Origin: Basidiobolus meristosporus CBS 931.73
Taxonomy: Eukaryota > Fungi > Basidiobolomycota
DNA: 64,000 nt
NCBI GenBank assembly: GCA_002104905.1
Contig: MCFE01000041.1
Location: 62,001 to 126,000, forward strand
Direction of reading: 5' to 3'
This document shows, in pieces, positions 40,131 through 52,015 of the stretch. The translations under genes and the position numbers were made by a program. Each line of letters opens with the position of its first letter. Position 1 is the stretch's first letter. The notes under the pieces were generated by a model. The model ran no database searches, was not told the DNA's origin, and saw nothing but the letters and a program-made list of their open reading frames with translations.

Positions 40131-40655
40131 ATATTATGACAGTCTCTAAACAGGATCTTGATGGCTGATCCAGATAGGATCCACCCATGGGACTAAATTA
40201 TTTCTCATAGGGGTATTGTTATGATGAAAGATTTGACTTAGCATTAGTGAAATCTGGGGTGCAATTTTTTTCAATGGTTTTTGCTCAGGGCCATGATAGG
40301 ATCAATGCCTTTTAGTCACAGGATTTCAATTTGTGACAGCCTTTTGATGGGATCATTGCAGCTATTTCTGGTAAGGCTTAGATAAGCTGAATTTAGTCTC
40401 TTCTAGAGCTTCTTAGTCAACAGTGGCTAAACAATGATCATCTACATATGGTGCCAATGAATCTGGATTTGCTCTATCTGGCTTATAGTCAATACTATAT
40501 CTAGTAGTACTCTTTTGGAAGCTCAACAATACCAAACACAAGTCCATCTTACAATTCCAGGCTCTTGGTGATTACTTGACACCATATGGAGATTTTTCAA
40601 ATGCTTCAGTAGTAATTCCAGTAAGACAAAAATATAAAATAAGATGATGCAATTG
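40131..40655. repeat. Chimeric ~525-bp patch, inverted near-identical copy of 51958-52481
   Basis: Contains a CACTA end, a CACTA right-end fragment (40214-40376), a Copia RT fragment (40377-40597) and a Harbinger ORF2 tail (40598-40655). About 6 differences from the other copy by eye. Confidence 0.85.
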
Positions 40656-41236
40656 CAGAGTGTTTGTCATGCCTATTTACAGTAAATGGCCTACTTAACA
40701 AGATGATGTCACCCTCAATGTCAGACAGTGCTTGAAACTTCATAGAGTGTGCCTTATACTTGCCAAAATAAAAGTGCCTCTGCCCTCTAGAAGGTCTGAT
40801 AATCCTGACTGGAAAGGTATCCAGAATACTCTTTATATGGAACCTGTTACTGAACACTCTAGGATATGGAATTCTATTGTAGCTCCTACACCAAGTATTC
40901 CAAGCTTGCTTCATGTCATTCAAACCCTCTGCAAGGTGGTTCTCCATTGCAGACAGCTAGGAATGACACTCCTAGGACTTTTGTTGCCATGGATGGTGAG
41001 ATGAAACCTTGTAGGGCAATGGTTCTTGTAATAGTAGTGAAGCTTCACAAGGGATCTCCTTGAGTAGATTGGGGTAGATGGTCCACAGTACTTGGTATGG
41101 ATCTCTTAAAGTGTGACAAAAGGAAATCCAGTGGTAGTGATGGGATTGATGAGAAAAACCGTTCAGGTGAGTAAGTATATTAAAATTGGTGGGTGATTGG
41201 GCTGAGGTGAGTTTATTATATTTGGCACAATCAGCA

Positions 41237-42549
41237 TTAATTATCTGATATACCATTCATTATGATTAAGCAAATGATGTAACCATCTAAGAGGACAGGA
41301 TGTTTGACGGCACAAATGTTGTAGGATAAATTATTTTTTAACCAAGTTTGAGCTTTGAAAAATTTTTTATTGGAGATGGTAGAGAGCAAACAAGTGAGGG
41401 TGAGATGTTTGATAATACCAACATTTTTGCCTTTGGGGGGTTTGCAGAGACAGATGTAACCCAACTGGCAGGGGTGAATGGCTTGCATGTGAATGTTAGA
41501 AGTGTTTTTGTCACAGGGGACAATAATTTTGAAAACCATGGAGAGTTTGTCAATGGTAGATTTGCGCAAGGCCAAGTTAATCATTTTGGAATAGATTTTG
41601 CCATGTAAAATTTGTTGGCCTTCTTTAAGCATGGTAAAGAGTTCATCCTCCAAAGAAGTTTGCAGACAACTTTTGGTGTCAGAGAGTTCAATGGCACAAG
41701 ATAAGATTTGATCCAAAAGAATGTTGGAAGATTTGCCAAGTTTGTTACCATAATCATCACAATCCATGGGTTGGAGAAGATCCATAGAGGTTATAAGGGC
41801 AAGATAAGATAACAGGCCAAGGGTATAGATGACGCTATATTTATCTTGCATAGGGAAATATTTGGATTCTAGAACATGTAGATCTTTGGGGGAGATGGTG
41901 TTTTCAGATTTGGTCATGGAGGCCAAGAAGATGGTGGAGAAAGTATATTCTTGAGAATGGTTGGTGACAAGGAGGGCAAGTATTTTGTAAATTTTCCAAA
42001 GTCAAAACTAAGATGGTTCATGATCCAATAAACAGACAAGCATTTAACACCATTAAGATCTTTGTGGGTGGAGGAGACATCTAGATAAAGGTTGACGGAA
42101 TTTTTAACACACACATGTAATGGGAGAAGGGAGCCCCAGAAGCGGGTTTTGCAGGAGACAACATTATCAGTGGCGTAGATGTGGGGGATAAAGATGTTGC
42201 GTAATTCTTGAATAAAGGGTACACGTTTGATGCCATTGATGATGTAGTATCCTCTGGGGTTAATAAGGGGGAGTTTGCAGACAAGTTGGCTGTTGTGTTG
42301 CATGTAATGTCCTTTGTAAGTTGTACGTTGAACAATTGCATTATTGAGGTGAATTTTAGGGGGGATAAATATTATGTCATGACCAAATTTTTTGTTGAGC
42401 ATAGATTCAAATTTCTGTAAGATGTAAGTGTGGGAATGGGAGATGTTAGCATCAAAGCCATATTTGTCAAAAATTCTTGTGGGATATTGGTACAGGTGTG
42501 GAAGAGAGAGGGGTGCATGATAACCTGATGGATATGAGTGGTAGAACAA
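41237..42549 (-). pseudogene. Divergent, compact RNA polymerase second-largest subunit (Rpb2/beta-like) N-terminal fragment, probably viral or plasmid-derived
   Basis: Two overlapping ORFs (41914-42549, 41237-41926) give Rpb2 motifs in the right order: RTTY, GYYIINGIKRVPFIQE (cf. GYFIINGSEKVLIAQE), D(C)DDYGNK (cf. DRDHYGNKR), and M(Q)AIHPCQLGYICLCKPPKGKNVGIIKHLTL (cf. RQLHNTHWG..CP.ETPEG..CGLVKNLSL). No introns. Confidence 0.82.
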
Positions 42550-44580
42550 GGAGGGAGAGCCAAGATATAATTCAAAGTAATAACATCAAATTTAATGAGT
42601 TGAAAAGGATAAAATTAAACCTGGACTTATCTTGGTTTTGTACAGTAAATACAAACTGAGTAGAAAGATGTGGTATGAGTTCTACAGCAAGATGCCAGTG
42701 GATGTATGTAAGAAGATGTATAAAAAGACAAGTATTGAAATTAAGAATCAGCTGAGAGTGAGGGGATTTGACAAGGAAGCTGTGCAACATCAATTCTGCA
42801 TGTAATTTGCTTGATATGGGTTGGATGTCTATGTTTGTGCCTCAACCTTGGGAACCAAGGAAATTTTGAATGGGTTTTTGCCTCAGATACTAATGTTCCA
42901 TGTGATATATTAGTAGAGCTAAGTTGCTTCCAAGTGCAATATACACAGAACTTATCCAAGCAACAGTTCCAAAGTACCAGACAGAGGGTATGTGAATACC
43001 TTGAGGAATTGGAAGGTGAGCTTCAAGAGGAAGAATATAGACTGCAAGCAACAGCTTCTAGAGTGTGCCTGCATGCCTTGCTAGATTCCTTACCACCCCT
43101 TACAACTTCAGCACACTGGTGTATGTCAGTCCAAACTGTGCCAACACCCTGCACAAGAGTGCCTCCCATTGAGTCAACACATGTGGTGTCAATGTGCACA
43201 CTTCAGAGCAATACCACCAGAACTTGCCAAACTGCTCATTTAGACACAAGTTCTTTGGAACAGGGCAGATTGTGTCAACAAGTGGCATCAAGTTGAACTC
43301 ACCCAAGGACCATGCCAGTGCAGCAAGTTGTGCCTGCATATGCCATTACACCTGACCATCAGCAAGCTACTTCTGGTGAGCTGGCTGATGATGACACATA
43401 TGAAGTGCCTCCACTACCACAGCCTTTGGCAAGCAAAAGAATGAGTCAGCGCATTGCACTGCAGGCCACTTCAGTGGCATCATCCAGAGCAATTTAGCAT
43501 GGCCAAGCTGCAGCATTGCACTTATCAACTAGGTGGCAAAATACTGGCTACAAATACACAAGTAGCCAAGATGATAGTCAATAAGGAATTTAGTTTAGGT
43601 GCACAAAGTGAATCACTACTAAATGCTTCAATAGTAATCCCCATGAGAAAAAAACCTCAGAGAAGATGATGCCATTGCATTGAATTGCTATTGTTTGTCA
43701 TGATTCAAATAGCACATTTTCTTTTTTCAATCCAAATTGAGCCATTGGAAATCAGTTATCACTAAATTTTTGGTATAAGTAATATCCAGGTTGTCTCACA
43801 TTTGAGACAGTACCCCTATAAATACACACCCTGCATATATATGCATCATCTGCAACACCAGTGCAGCCATTTGGTCTTCTTTACACCTATTTGATTGGCT
43901 GTGTGCTAGCTATGACACCATATCTAATCACTAGGATCAGGGATTTACTTGCTCAATGGGCAAAATGGGATATTTGATGGCAAATCTGGTAGCTGGTGTG
44001 TTGGCCACAGAGCCAATTGGGAGCTGACAGCTTCAGGATACCTTTGGACCAGTTAACCACAGAGATACCATTCAATTGGAGTGATGGTAACCAAAATGGT
44101 ACATATCTGTGTAGTTTGTAGTGTTATAGCCATTTATCTCCATATTCATTGAAGAAACATATCTAAATATCCAGTTTAACCTACTATAATAGCAGTATCT
44201 GATTATGCTAGTCATGCAAGCATTACAAGTTGGCACAATGAACCGTGCCAACCTCATAGCATCAGATTGTGCCATAGTGTGTGAGATTGTCCCACATAAT
44301 GCAAAATTGTCCTGCCTTTGGGTAGCTACAATATTAAGCCCAATTGTTCTTTGTGACTGCAAATTATGCCACATACCCTGGCATGGTACAATGGAATAAG
44401 TCTTATATTCAAAATACCAAAGGTAAAAGACTTGTTCCATTGGATAGTGCCAGCCTGTTTATGGTGCCAGATCAATCTGGCACTATAATTTCTACCATGA
44501 TGCCAGTGGTATGATACATTTACTGGTAATTTTACTCAATCTTACTTATGTTGCTCAGAATAGTGCTTTCCTTGCATTAT

Positions 44581-45465
44581 TTACTCTTCATAATGCTCCA
44601 GACACATTTCTCTCAGTGGATGTCTTCTTGTATGAACATACTGTGCATTAATAAGTATCTTAACTATTTTACCTATTCTGCTGTTTTCACCTATATATGG
44701 CTTTCCTCTGTATTTACCTGCCAATATGCTGAATCTCTTCAGATATCCAAATGTGTGCTCTACCCTTACTCTGAAATGATTAAATATCTCATTGTAGAGC
44801 TTCTGCTTCCTGCTAAGCACACCATTCCTTGGCTTCCTATAAGCTGTAATGCATCCTAATCTCTGACAATCCTCTCCTATATAGGCTAAGTCTGCCATAC
44901 ATTTCTCCCCTCTACTGAACTCAGGATGATTCTCTACCCAGAGTGCTTTGTCATGCCTACTTCCAGCAAATGGCCCACTAAACCAGATGATGTTACCCTC
45001 AATGTCAGACAGTGCTTGAAACTTCACACAGTGTGCCTTGTACTTGCCAGAATAAAAGTGCCTCTGCCCTCCAGAAGGTCTGTTAATCCTCACTGGGAAG
45101 GTATCCAAAATACTCCTGATATGGAACCTGTTGCTGAACACTCTGCAATATGGAAGTCTATTGGAGCTTCTGAACCTAGTATTCCAAGCTTGCTCTAAGT
45201 CATTCATACCCTCTACAAGGTGGTTCTCCATTGCTGTCAGCTGGGAATGAAAGCTTCTAGGACTTTTGTTGCCATGGATGGTGGGATGAAACCTTGTAGG
45301 GCAATAGTTCTTGTAATAGCAGAGAAGCTTAACAAAGGATCTCCTTGAGTAGATTGGGGTTGATGGTCCACAGTACTTGGAATAGATCTCCTCTAGTGTG
45401 TCAAAAGGAAATCCAGTGGTAGTGATGGGATTGATGAGAAAAGACCATTCAGATGAGTAAGTCAT
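44581..45465 (-). CDS. DDE_Tnp_4-type (IS5/ISL2/Harbinger-like) transposase, 294 aa, intact
   Basis: SILDTFPVRINRP (D1), YSGKYKAHCVKFQ, GSRHD, MADLAYIG (D2) and RVRVEHTFGYLKRF (E). Open frame, no introns. Confidence 0.9.
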   Translation of the reverse strand: MTYSSEWSFLINPITTTGFPFDTLEEIYSKYCGPSTPIYSRRSFVKLLCYYKNYCPTRFHPTIHGNKSPRSFHSQLTAMENHLVEGMNDLEQAWNTRFRSSNRLPYCRVFSNRFHIRSILDTFPVRINRPSGGQRHFYSGKYKAHCVKFQALSDIEGNIIWFSGPFAGSRHDKALWVENHPEFSRGEKCMADLAYIGEDCQRLGCITAYRKPRNGVLSRKQKLYNEIFNHFRVRVEHTFGYLKRFSILAGKYRGKPYIGENSRIGKIVKILINAQYVHTRRHPLREMCLEHYEE

Positions 45466-45824
45466 ATTAAAATTGATGGATGATTGTATGGAGGCAGTTT
45501 GAATTGATTCGGCGTAATCCGCATTATTTATCTGATTTTTAATACATTATGGTTAAATCTCCATCAATTGCCATGTATCCCATCATTATGTTGCAAAAAT
45601 CATCCGCAAACAATGCCTTGGTACTTTTATTGATGCTTTAATCATAGGTCTATAATCAAATAGGAAATCTGCAATTGATGTGATCTGATCCATGTCAACG
45701 CAATCTGAGATGCATCATGCATAATATATGGAAAATTCAACAATCACATTAGTTTTCATATATATTTCATATAAGACCAGGTTGATGCCAATATACTGCT
45801 GTATAAGTATCCAAATCCGTTGCT

Positions 45825-47071
45825 ATGGTCCCCATACCAAGCCTCAACTCATCTTTAGTACAACCCAGACAAAACCCATCCCCCAGCTCATGGGCACGGT
45901 CCAGACCAGAGAAGTCAATGTTGGATCCGTTCAAGTACTTGCCAAATGATTTTAGTATGGCCCAAGTGTCTATGATGAGCCTTCATACAGATATTTGGGC
46001 ACTACTGATTAATCTAGCAGAACTAGATACCTCAGAGAGTTGACAAAGATGGAAGAATTTGAGTAGAAAGCTGTGGCATGAGTTCTACATCAAGATGCCA
46101 GCCAATGTATGTAAAAAGATATATAACAAGACCAGTATTGAAATCAAGAATGAGCTGAGAGTGAGGGGATTTGACAAAGAAGCCGCGCGGGTACAATTTT
46201 GCGCGCAATTTGCACAGTATGGGCCGGACGGGTTTGTTCATGCCTCAACTTTGGGAACCAAAGAGATTTTGAATGAGTTTTTGCCTCAAATGACTAATGT
46301 ACTACGTGATATATTAGTAGAGCTAAGTGGCTTCCAAGAGCAATAAACACAGGACTCATCCAGGCAACAGCTCCAAAGTATCAGACAGAGGGTAAGTGAA
46401 TACTTGAGGAATCAGATGGTGAGCTTCAGGAGGAAGAATACAGACCACAAGCAACATTGTCCAGATTGCGCCAGCATGCCTTACTGGATTCCCTACCATC
46501 TCTTACAACCACAGCGTGCCGGTGCATGTCAGTCCAGACCACGCCAACACCCTTTACCAGAATGCACCACATCAAGTCAACACGCATTGAGTCAACGCGC
46601 GCACTTCAGAGCAATACTACAAGAACTTGCCAAACTGCTCATTTAGACACAAGTCCATTGGAGCGGACCAAGTTGCATCAACATGCGGCATCACATCAAA
46701 CTCAGCCAAGGGCCATCTCAACGCGTCAAGGCGCGCCTGCGCATGCTGTTTTGCCTGACCATCAGTGAGTTACTTCTGGTGAACTGACTGATGATGACCA
46801 ACATGAAGTGCCTCAACCACTGGAGCCCTTGGCAAGTAAAAGAACACGTCAGCGCGTGGCACTACAGGCCGGTCCAGTTGGTTCAGTTGGAGCAATTCAG
46901 CGTGGCCAAGCTACAGCATTGCACTCATCAACTAGGAGGCAAAATACTGACTACAATTACACAAGTAGCCAAGATGATAGTCAGCCAGGAAGTAGTATAG
47001 GTGTGCAAAGTGAGTCACTACCAAATGCTTCAGTAGTAATCCCTGTGAGAAAAAAACCCAGGAGAAGATGA
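45825..47071 (+). pseudogene. ORF2 of E1: F-box-like N-terminus, low-complexity middle, C-terminal RKKPRRR; three stops and one frameshift
   Basis: 45825-46043 and 46059-46346 are in the same frame across TGA 46041-46043. The frame continues via 46457-46768 and 46808-47071. Homologous to E2 42657-43669. Confidence 0.6.
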
Positions 47072-48170
47072 TGCGATCGCTTTGAATTGCTCACATTTGT
47101 AATGATCCCAACAACCCTTTTTTTTTGCAATCCAAATCAAGCCATTGCAAATCAGTGGTCATCAAATTTTTGATATAAGTAATATCAAGGTTGTCTCACA
47201 TTTGAGACAGAACCCCTATAAATAAACACCCAGCATATATATACGTCATCTGTAATACCAGTGCAGCTATTGGATCTGTTTTGCACCTACACAATTGCTT
47301 GCGCGCTAGCTATGACACCTTGACTAGGATCAGGGATTTACTTGCTCAATGGGCAAAATGGGATATTTGATGGCAAATCAGGTAGCTTTTTCAGTAGTCA
47401 ATGAGCCAATTGGGGGCTGCCAGCTTCAGGATACTTTTAGACCAATTAACCACTGAGATACCGTCCAATTGGAGTGAGGGTAACCAAGATGGTAAGTATC
47501 AGTGTAGTTTATAGTGTGATACACATTAATTTCCATTTACATTAAAGAAACATATCCAAATACCGGATTTGACCTGCCATTATAGCGGTATCCAATTGCG
47601 CACGTGATGCAAACATTACAAGTTGGCGTGATCATCCATGCCAACCTCATTGTGTCAGATTGTGCCATAGTGTGCAAGATTGTCCCACATAGTGCAAAAT
47701 TGTCCAAGAACGATCCTGCCTTCTGGTAGCTATAATATTGCGCCCAATCGTTCTTTACAACCACTGATCACACCGCGCACCCTGGCACGGTACAATGGAA
47801 CAAGTCTAATAGTGGGTGCTCAAATAATGAGGGTGATTCTAAAGTGGAATATATTAAATGAACAAGGGGAGGTAGACAAAGGAAATACCATATGGTAAAT
47901 TGGTATGGTGGCATTGTATTGAACAAGCTGTAGGCTGCATTAAGACCGCAACAATGCCACGCAACTTTTGCTACAGCACCAATTAAACACTGTCAAGTTT
48001 CTTGACTTTATTTGACAGTAAAATTTGCAAAACACCATCATGATCCCATTATAAGATTGTCAGGAGGGTCACTAATTCCAAGCTGCTGTTATTCTGACAG
48101 TCTCTAAGTGGGATCTTGATGGATGATCCAGATTGGATCCACCTGTGGGACCAAATTATTTTTCATAGGG

Positions 48171-51100
48171 TACCTCATCTATGCTGTGGCATGAGCTGAC
48201 AACCAACTTGCTAATAGAGGTGGTGGTGGTGTTGTGGTGGCCACTTGTTGGCCTTCAACTGAAGGCACTGCTTTTGCCAGATTCTCATCTACCTCAGCAT
48301 TATGGTCAGCTTGTGACCTGGCAGAGATTCCCAAATGCCTACTTGACTGAGAGCCTGAGGAGTCCATATTATTACCTTTGGTTAGTACACTGTCCTCACA
48401 ACCTTCTTTAGCTGTAGTTCTGCATGTTGCACTGAATGTCAAAGCATGCTGTTGTCCAGCCATTCTTCTTCAACTATCTGTGGTGGGGTTTGGTGGGGAG
48501 CCAGAGGACTTTGCTTTATTTTTGACAGCATATGTATGAAAGTGAATCAAACCAAAGGGGAAATGGTCTTACATACATGTGAGCAAATGGTGCCACAAAT
48601 ATATCTATAATGCTTACTATGCTGGGTCATCATTTAATCTTACATTCATGTTAGTGCATCGGCTCTAATACATGACTGTTTTAAATTCGCATGAGTATTG
48701 ACAAGAAATGATATAATGGTGTTATGTTGTTCAGTGCCAAACTGTTTGCTCCATGGACAGACTACTTTGAATCAATGCCATAAGAGTAGAGAAAAAAGAC
48801 CAGGTGGCTATTATAGTAAGCCTCTCAGCCATGAAGTATACAGACAGCATAGGAAGCATTACAAGGATTACAACTAGTGTTTTGCCATACAAGTCATGTT
48901 TTGCCATTCATCAGTCACTATTGTACCAACATTATCTTACTAGCAACCTGATACCACTATAATGACACCTGGCTGTACTGGTCACCTTGTGCAAACTGAG
49001 TGAGGTGAGTCTGTGTCACCATTAGGGCCACCTTAGCCTCTGAATATGGTATGCAGAGTGATAGTTATGAAGAAGCAGGCTTACTAATGATTGTGAGCCT
49101 ATCTCCCCTAAGAGCAGTACCCTTCATGAGCCTTGCAGAATCCCATTGAGTAATGAGACAAACCTATGGAAAAAAAGCCAAGTATACTTTGTGGAGTCAA
49201 GTGAGCCCAATGATTTAATTTCTGGCTAATGATTTGATGTTGTGGCTAGAGAAGTGGCATGTATCCACTAATATCAGTAATGAGGGCCTTGAGGATTTAC
49301 TACTACTTCTTGCGAAAATCATTCTGGGATGCAACTTACCATGTACATGGTACAAGTGGGCAAACATCATGCAGCTGGCAACATATGACCTGGAGACTGT
49401 CCTGAATCTAGCATGTGTTAACAGTTATATGGCATTCACATCTAAAAATGCTACCATTGCAATGTGTCAAAACTGTCAGGAATACACCATCATTGCAGGA
49501 AAACATTGTCCACACTCCAGATACATTCTGGTAATACCCCATCTAAAGAAGCTAATGCAGTCCAGCAAATATTGCAAACCTATGCAGTACCAAACTCAGT
49601 ATCAATCAGGCGCAAATATAATCAATATATTTGATGGCAAACATTACAAACAGCAAAGAAGCAAGGGCTACTCTGAAGGTATGTATAAGCATGCCTTTGC
49701 CTGAAACTCGACGGATTCTTACGCAACTAGTACACTACTAGCAAAGCCTGCTGGCCACTGATTCTCATCAATCCAAGTCTGCTGCCTATCTTACTGTCTC
49801 AGAGCAGATATTGGATGGTAGTCTCACTGGTATCTGGGCATAAATCACCATCCCACCTACAGCTACCTGTATTCATTACTAAATGAATCTTGTATGCTTT
49901 CCAGCAAGATAACAGTAAGTGGCATCATGTAAAAGTGCAAATTAGTATCTGCATTTAAGATATCCCAGCCATCAGCAAGATAACTGGCATTTTTGGGCAC
50001 AACTGATGGTATTGCTATCAAATGTGTGAGATCCTGGGGATTTATTCCATAACTTACACACTTCATTATTATCTAAACACCAGCACTAAGAACATCATCT
50101 TCCCACAGAGAGAATGTACAGAAGTCAGCATGCAATTGCAGCAAAGTCAACAAGCTAGAAGCCATTGGCAAGAATATAGAATTGATCAAAAATTGGATAT
50201 TTGTGAGATGGAGGGTATCTGCTGAGCAAAAGCTTTCCACTGGGAGCAATGCATTTGCTTTTCAACAATATCCCTATACTGATGACCAAGTGTACCTGAA
50301 GCATTTCAAGCTGATGAGCCCATTGAGATACCGGAGAAATTTGAAAGAATTGGCAAGATATTACAGAGTATCTGCTACCCTAAGTACTTCTCACAGGCTC
50401 CAATTAATATTCATACCAGAGAAATCTGAAAGAATTGGCAATATATCAGAGACTATCTGCCACCCTAAGTACTTCTAACAGGCTGCAATCAACATTTAAG
50501 TGCATATGCAACAATACAAGTGCAAAGACTGGATGAACTGGATATGAATTTATTGAAGTGGCATTCTGAAGCAATTTCTACCAAGCATACATTGGAAGCA
50601 ATGGGAGTCATATGTAAACATTGTAGGAATACTTATACAGTAGCAGATCACCAATGCCAAGTTGACACATCTACAGCTTTTGTGCAAAGAGCTTGTAACA
50701 GGATTTGTTTGGCTATACTTCAAGCATAAAGCTGAATGCATAGATCTCTGCTGTTACTGTATTCATTCTCTACTCCATCTTGCTTGATGAGTGGAGAAAA
50801 CATTGGGCATTGCTCCATCTTTTGGGATCTTCTTTGTGAGTGGATATGTGAGGAGATATGAAGACAAGTCAAGTTGCAGGTACTACCACATCCCAATCTT
50901 GCCAAGAATATTACCTTTGCATCCATCATGGATGTGATTAATTGGCACATGGATGACAGCCAGAAAGAGTTGGAAAATACTGAGGACAGCTATGCACATG
51001 GAGACACCTATGCCTATGGCATTAAGAACTAAGCAGCCCCAATGTGTGGGTAATCAGCTAAGTAATGCAAAGGTGGGTTTTTTTTTGATTCAAACTATAT

Positions 51101-51223
51101 GTGGAATACCCAAGTTACTAGTTGGTGAACAAATAAAGAGGGGTATTTTACAGCAAAATACATAAATTGTGCAAAGGGAGGTAGAAAAGGAAATGCCAAC
51201 TGTTAAATTAGTAAGGTAGTATT
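48171..51223. mobile_element. CACTA-like fragment X2: ORF2 5' part (minus) and transposase (plus), degenerate
   Basis: ORF 49234-49704 and neighbours are homologous to the C1/C3 transposase. Internal ~85-bp tandem duplication near 50330-50500. Confidence 0.78.
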
Positions 51224-52015
51224 GGACTTGCTCCATTGTAACATGCCAAGGTGCCTGACATGATCCATGGTTGTTAAAACAATTGGACACAATATTTTAG
51301 TGACCAGTAGGCTGCACTGTTCTTGGCCAATTCTGCACTATGTGGGACAATCTTGCACACTATGGCACAATCTGACACAATGAGTTAGGCATGGATGCTT
51401 ACACCAACTTGTAATGTTTACATCACATGCGCAATTGTATATTGTTATTATGGTAAGCAAAATCCAGTATTTGGATATGTTTCTTTAATGTAAACTGAAA
51501 TAATGTGTCTCACACTATACACTACACTGATACTTGCCATTTTGTTTACCATTACTGCAATTGGATGGTGTCTCAGTGGCTAATTGGTCCAAAGTATCCT
51601 GAAGCTGTCAGCCCCCAATTGGCTCTGTGACCAACATACAAGCTACCAGATTTGCCATCAAATATCCCATTTTGCCCATTGAGCAAGTAAATCCCTGATC
51701 CTAGTGATTAGACATGGTGTCATAGCTAGCATGCAGCCAATCAAATAGGTGTAAAGCAGATTAAATGGCTGCATTGGTGTTACAGATGATGTATATATAT
51801 GCAGGGTGAGTATTTATTGGGGTACTGTCTCAAATGTGAGATAACCTTGATATTACCTATACCAAAAATTTAGTGATAACTGATTTGCAATAGCTCAATT
51901 TGGATTGAAAAAAGAAAGTGTGTTATTTGGATCATGACAAATAATAGCAATTCACTTCAATTGCATCATCTTATTTTATATTTTCTTCTTACTGGAATTA
52001 CTACTGAAGCATTTG
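51224..52015 (-). mobile_element. Harbinger-like fragment E4 (one terminus plus ORF2 tail)
   Basis: Starts ggacttgctccattg after ATT; reverse complement of E1 ~47020-47807. Confidence 0.8.

Larger units (their letters stand above)
34058..40213. mobile_element. CACTA/EnSpm-like C3, full length, opposite orientation to C1
   Basis: ccctataaataatattg at 34058 and tttctcataggg at ~40213. Transposase remnants at 37046-39850 (+), ORF2 on minus. Net length ~5.8 kb after removing the solo LTR. Confidence 0.85.
33535..44403. mobile_element. PIF/Harbinger-like element E2, degenerate, split by CACTA-like C3 and carrying an Rpb2-like insert
   Basis: TIRs agacttgttctgttg (33535) / caatggaataagtct (44403), 3-bp TSD TAT. 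Transposase remnants at 33701-34057 and 40656-41177 (minus) join seamlessly when compared with E1. ORF2 remnant at 42657-43669. Confidence 0.85.
44427..47807. mobile_element. PIF/Harbinger-like element E1, full length (3381 bp)
   Basis: Perfect 15-bp TIR agacttgttccattg / caatggaacaagtct. 3-bp TSD AAA/AAT (host ggtAATagt restored). Divergent transposase and ORF2; subterminal gtgccagat-ca-atctggcac hairpin. Confidence 0.9.
32296..48170. mobile_element. Internally deleted CACTA-like copy Y that hosts Harbinger-like E2 and E1
   Basis: ORF2 piece 32296-32848 is joined by a deletion to the transposase 3' part (32849-33534, 44404-44426, 47808-48170). It ends in the terminus tttcataggg at 48170. 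Confidence 0.7.

Noticed and set aside
42586-42591. ATTTGA upstream of the Rpb2-like frame as a pGKL-type UCS promoter (ATNTGA)
   Set aside because: Too short and expected by chance in AT-rich DNA, and the true start codon is uncertain.
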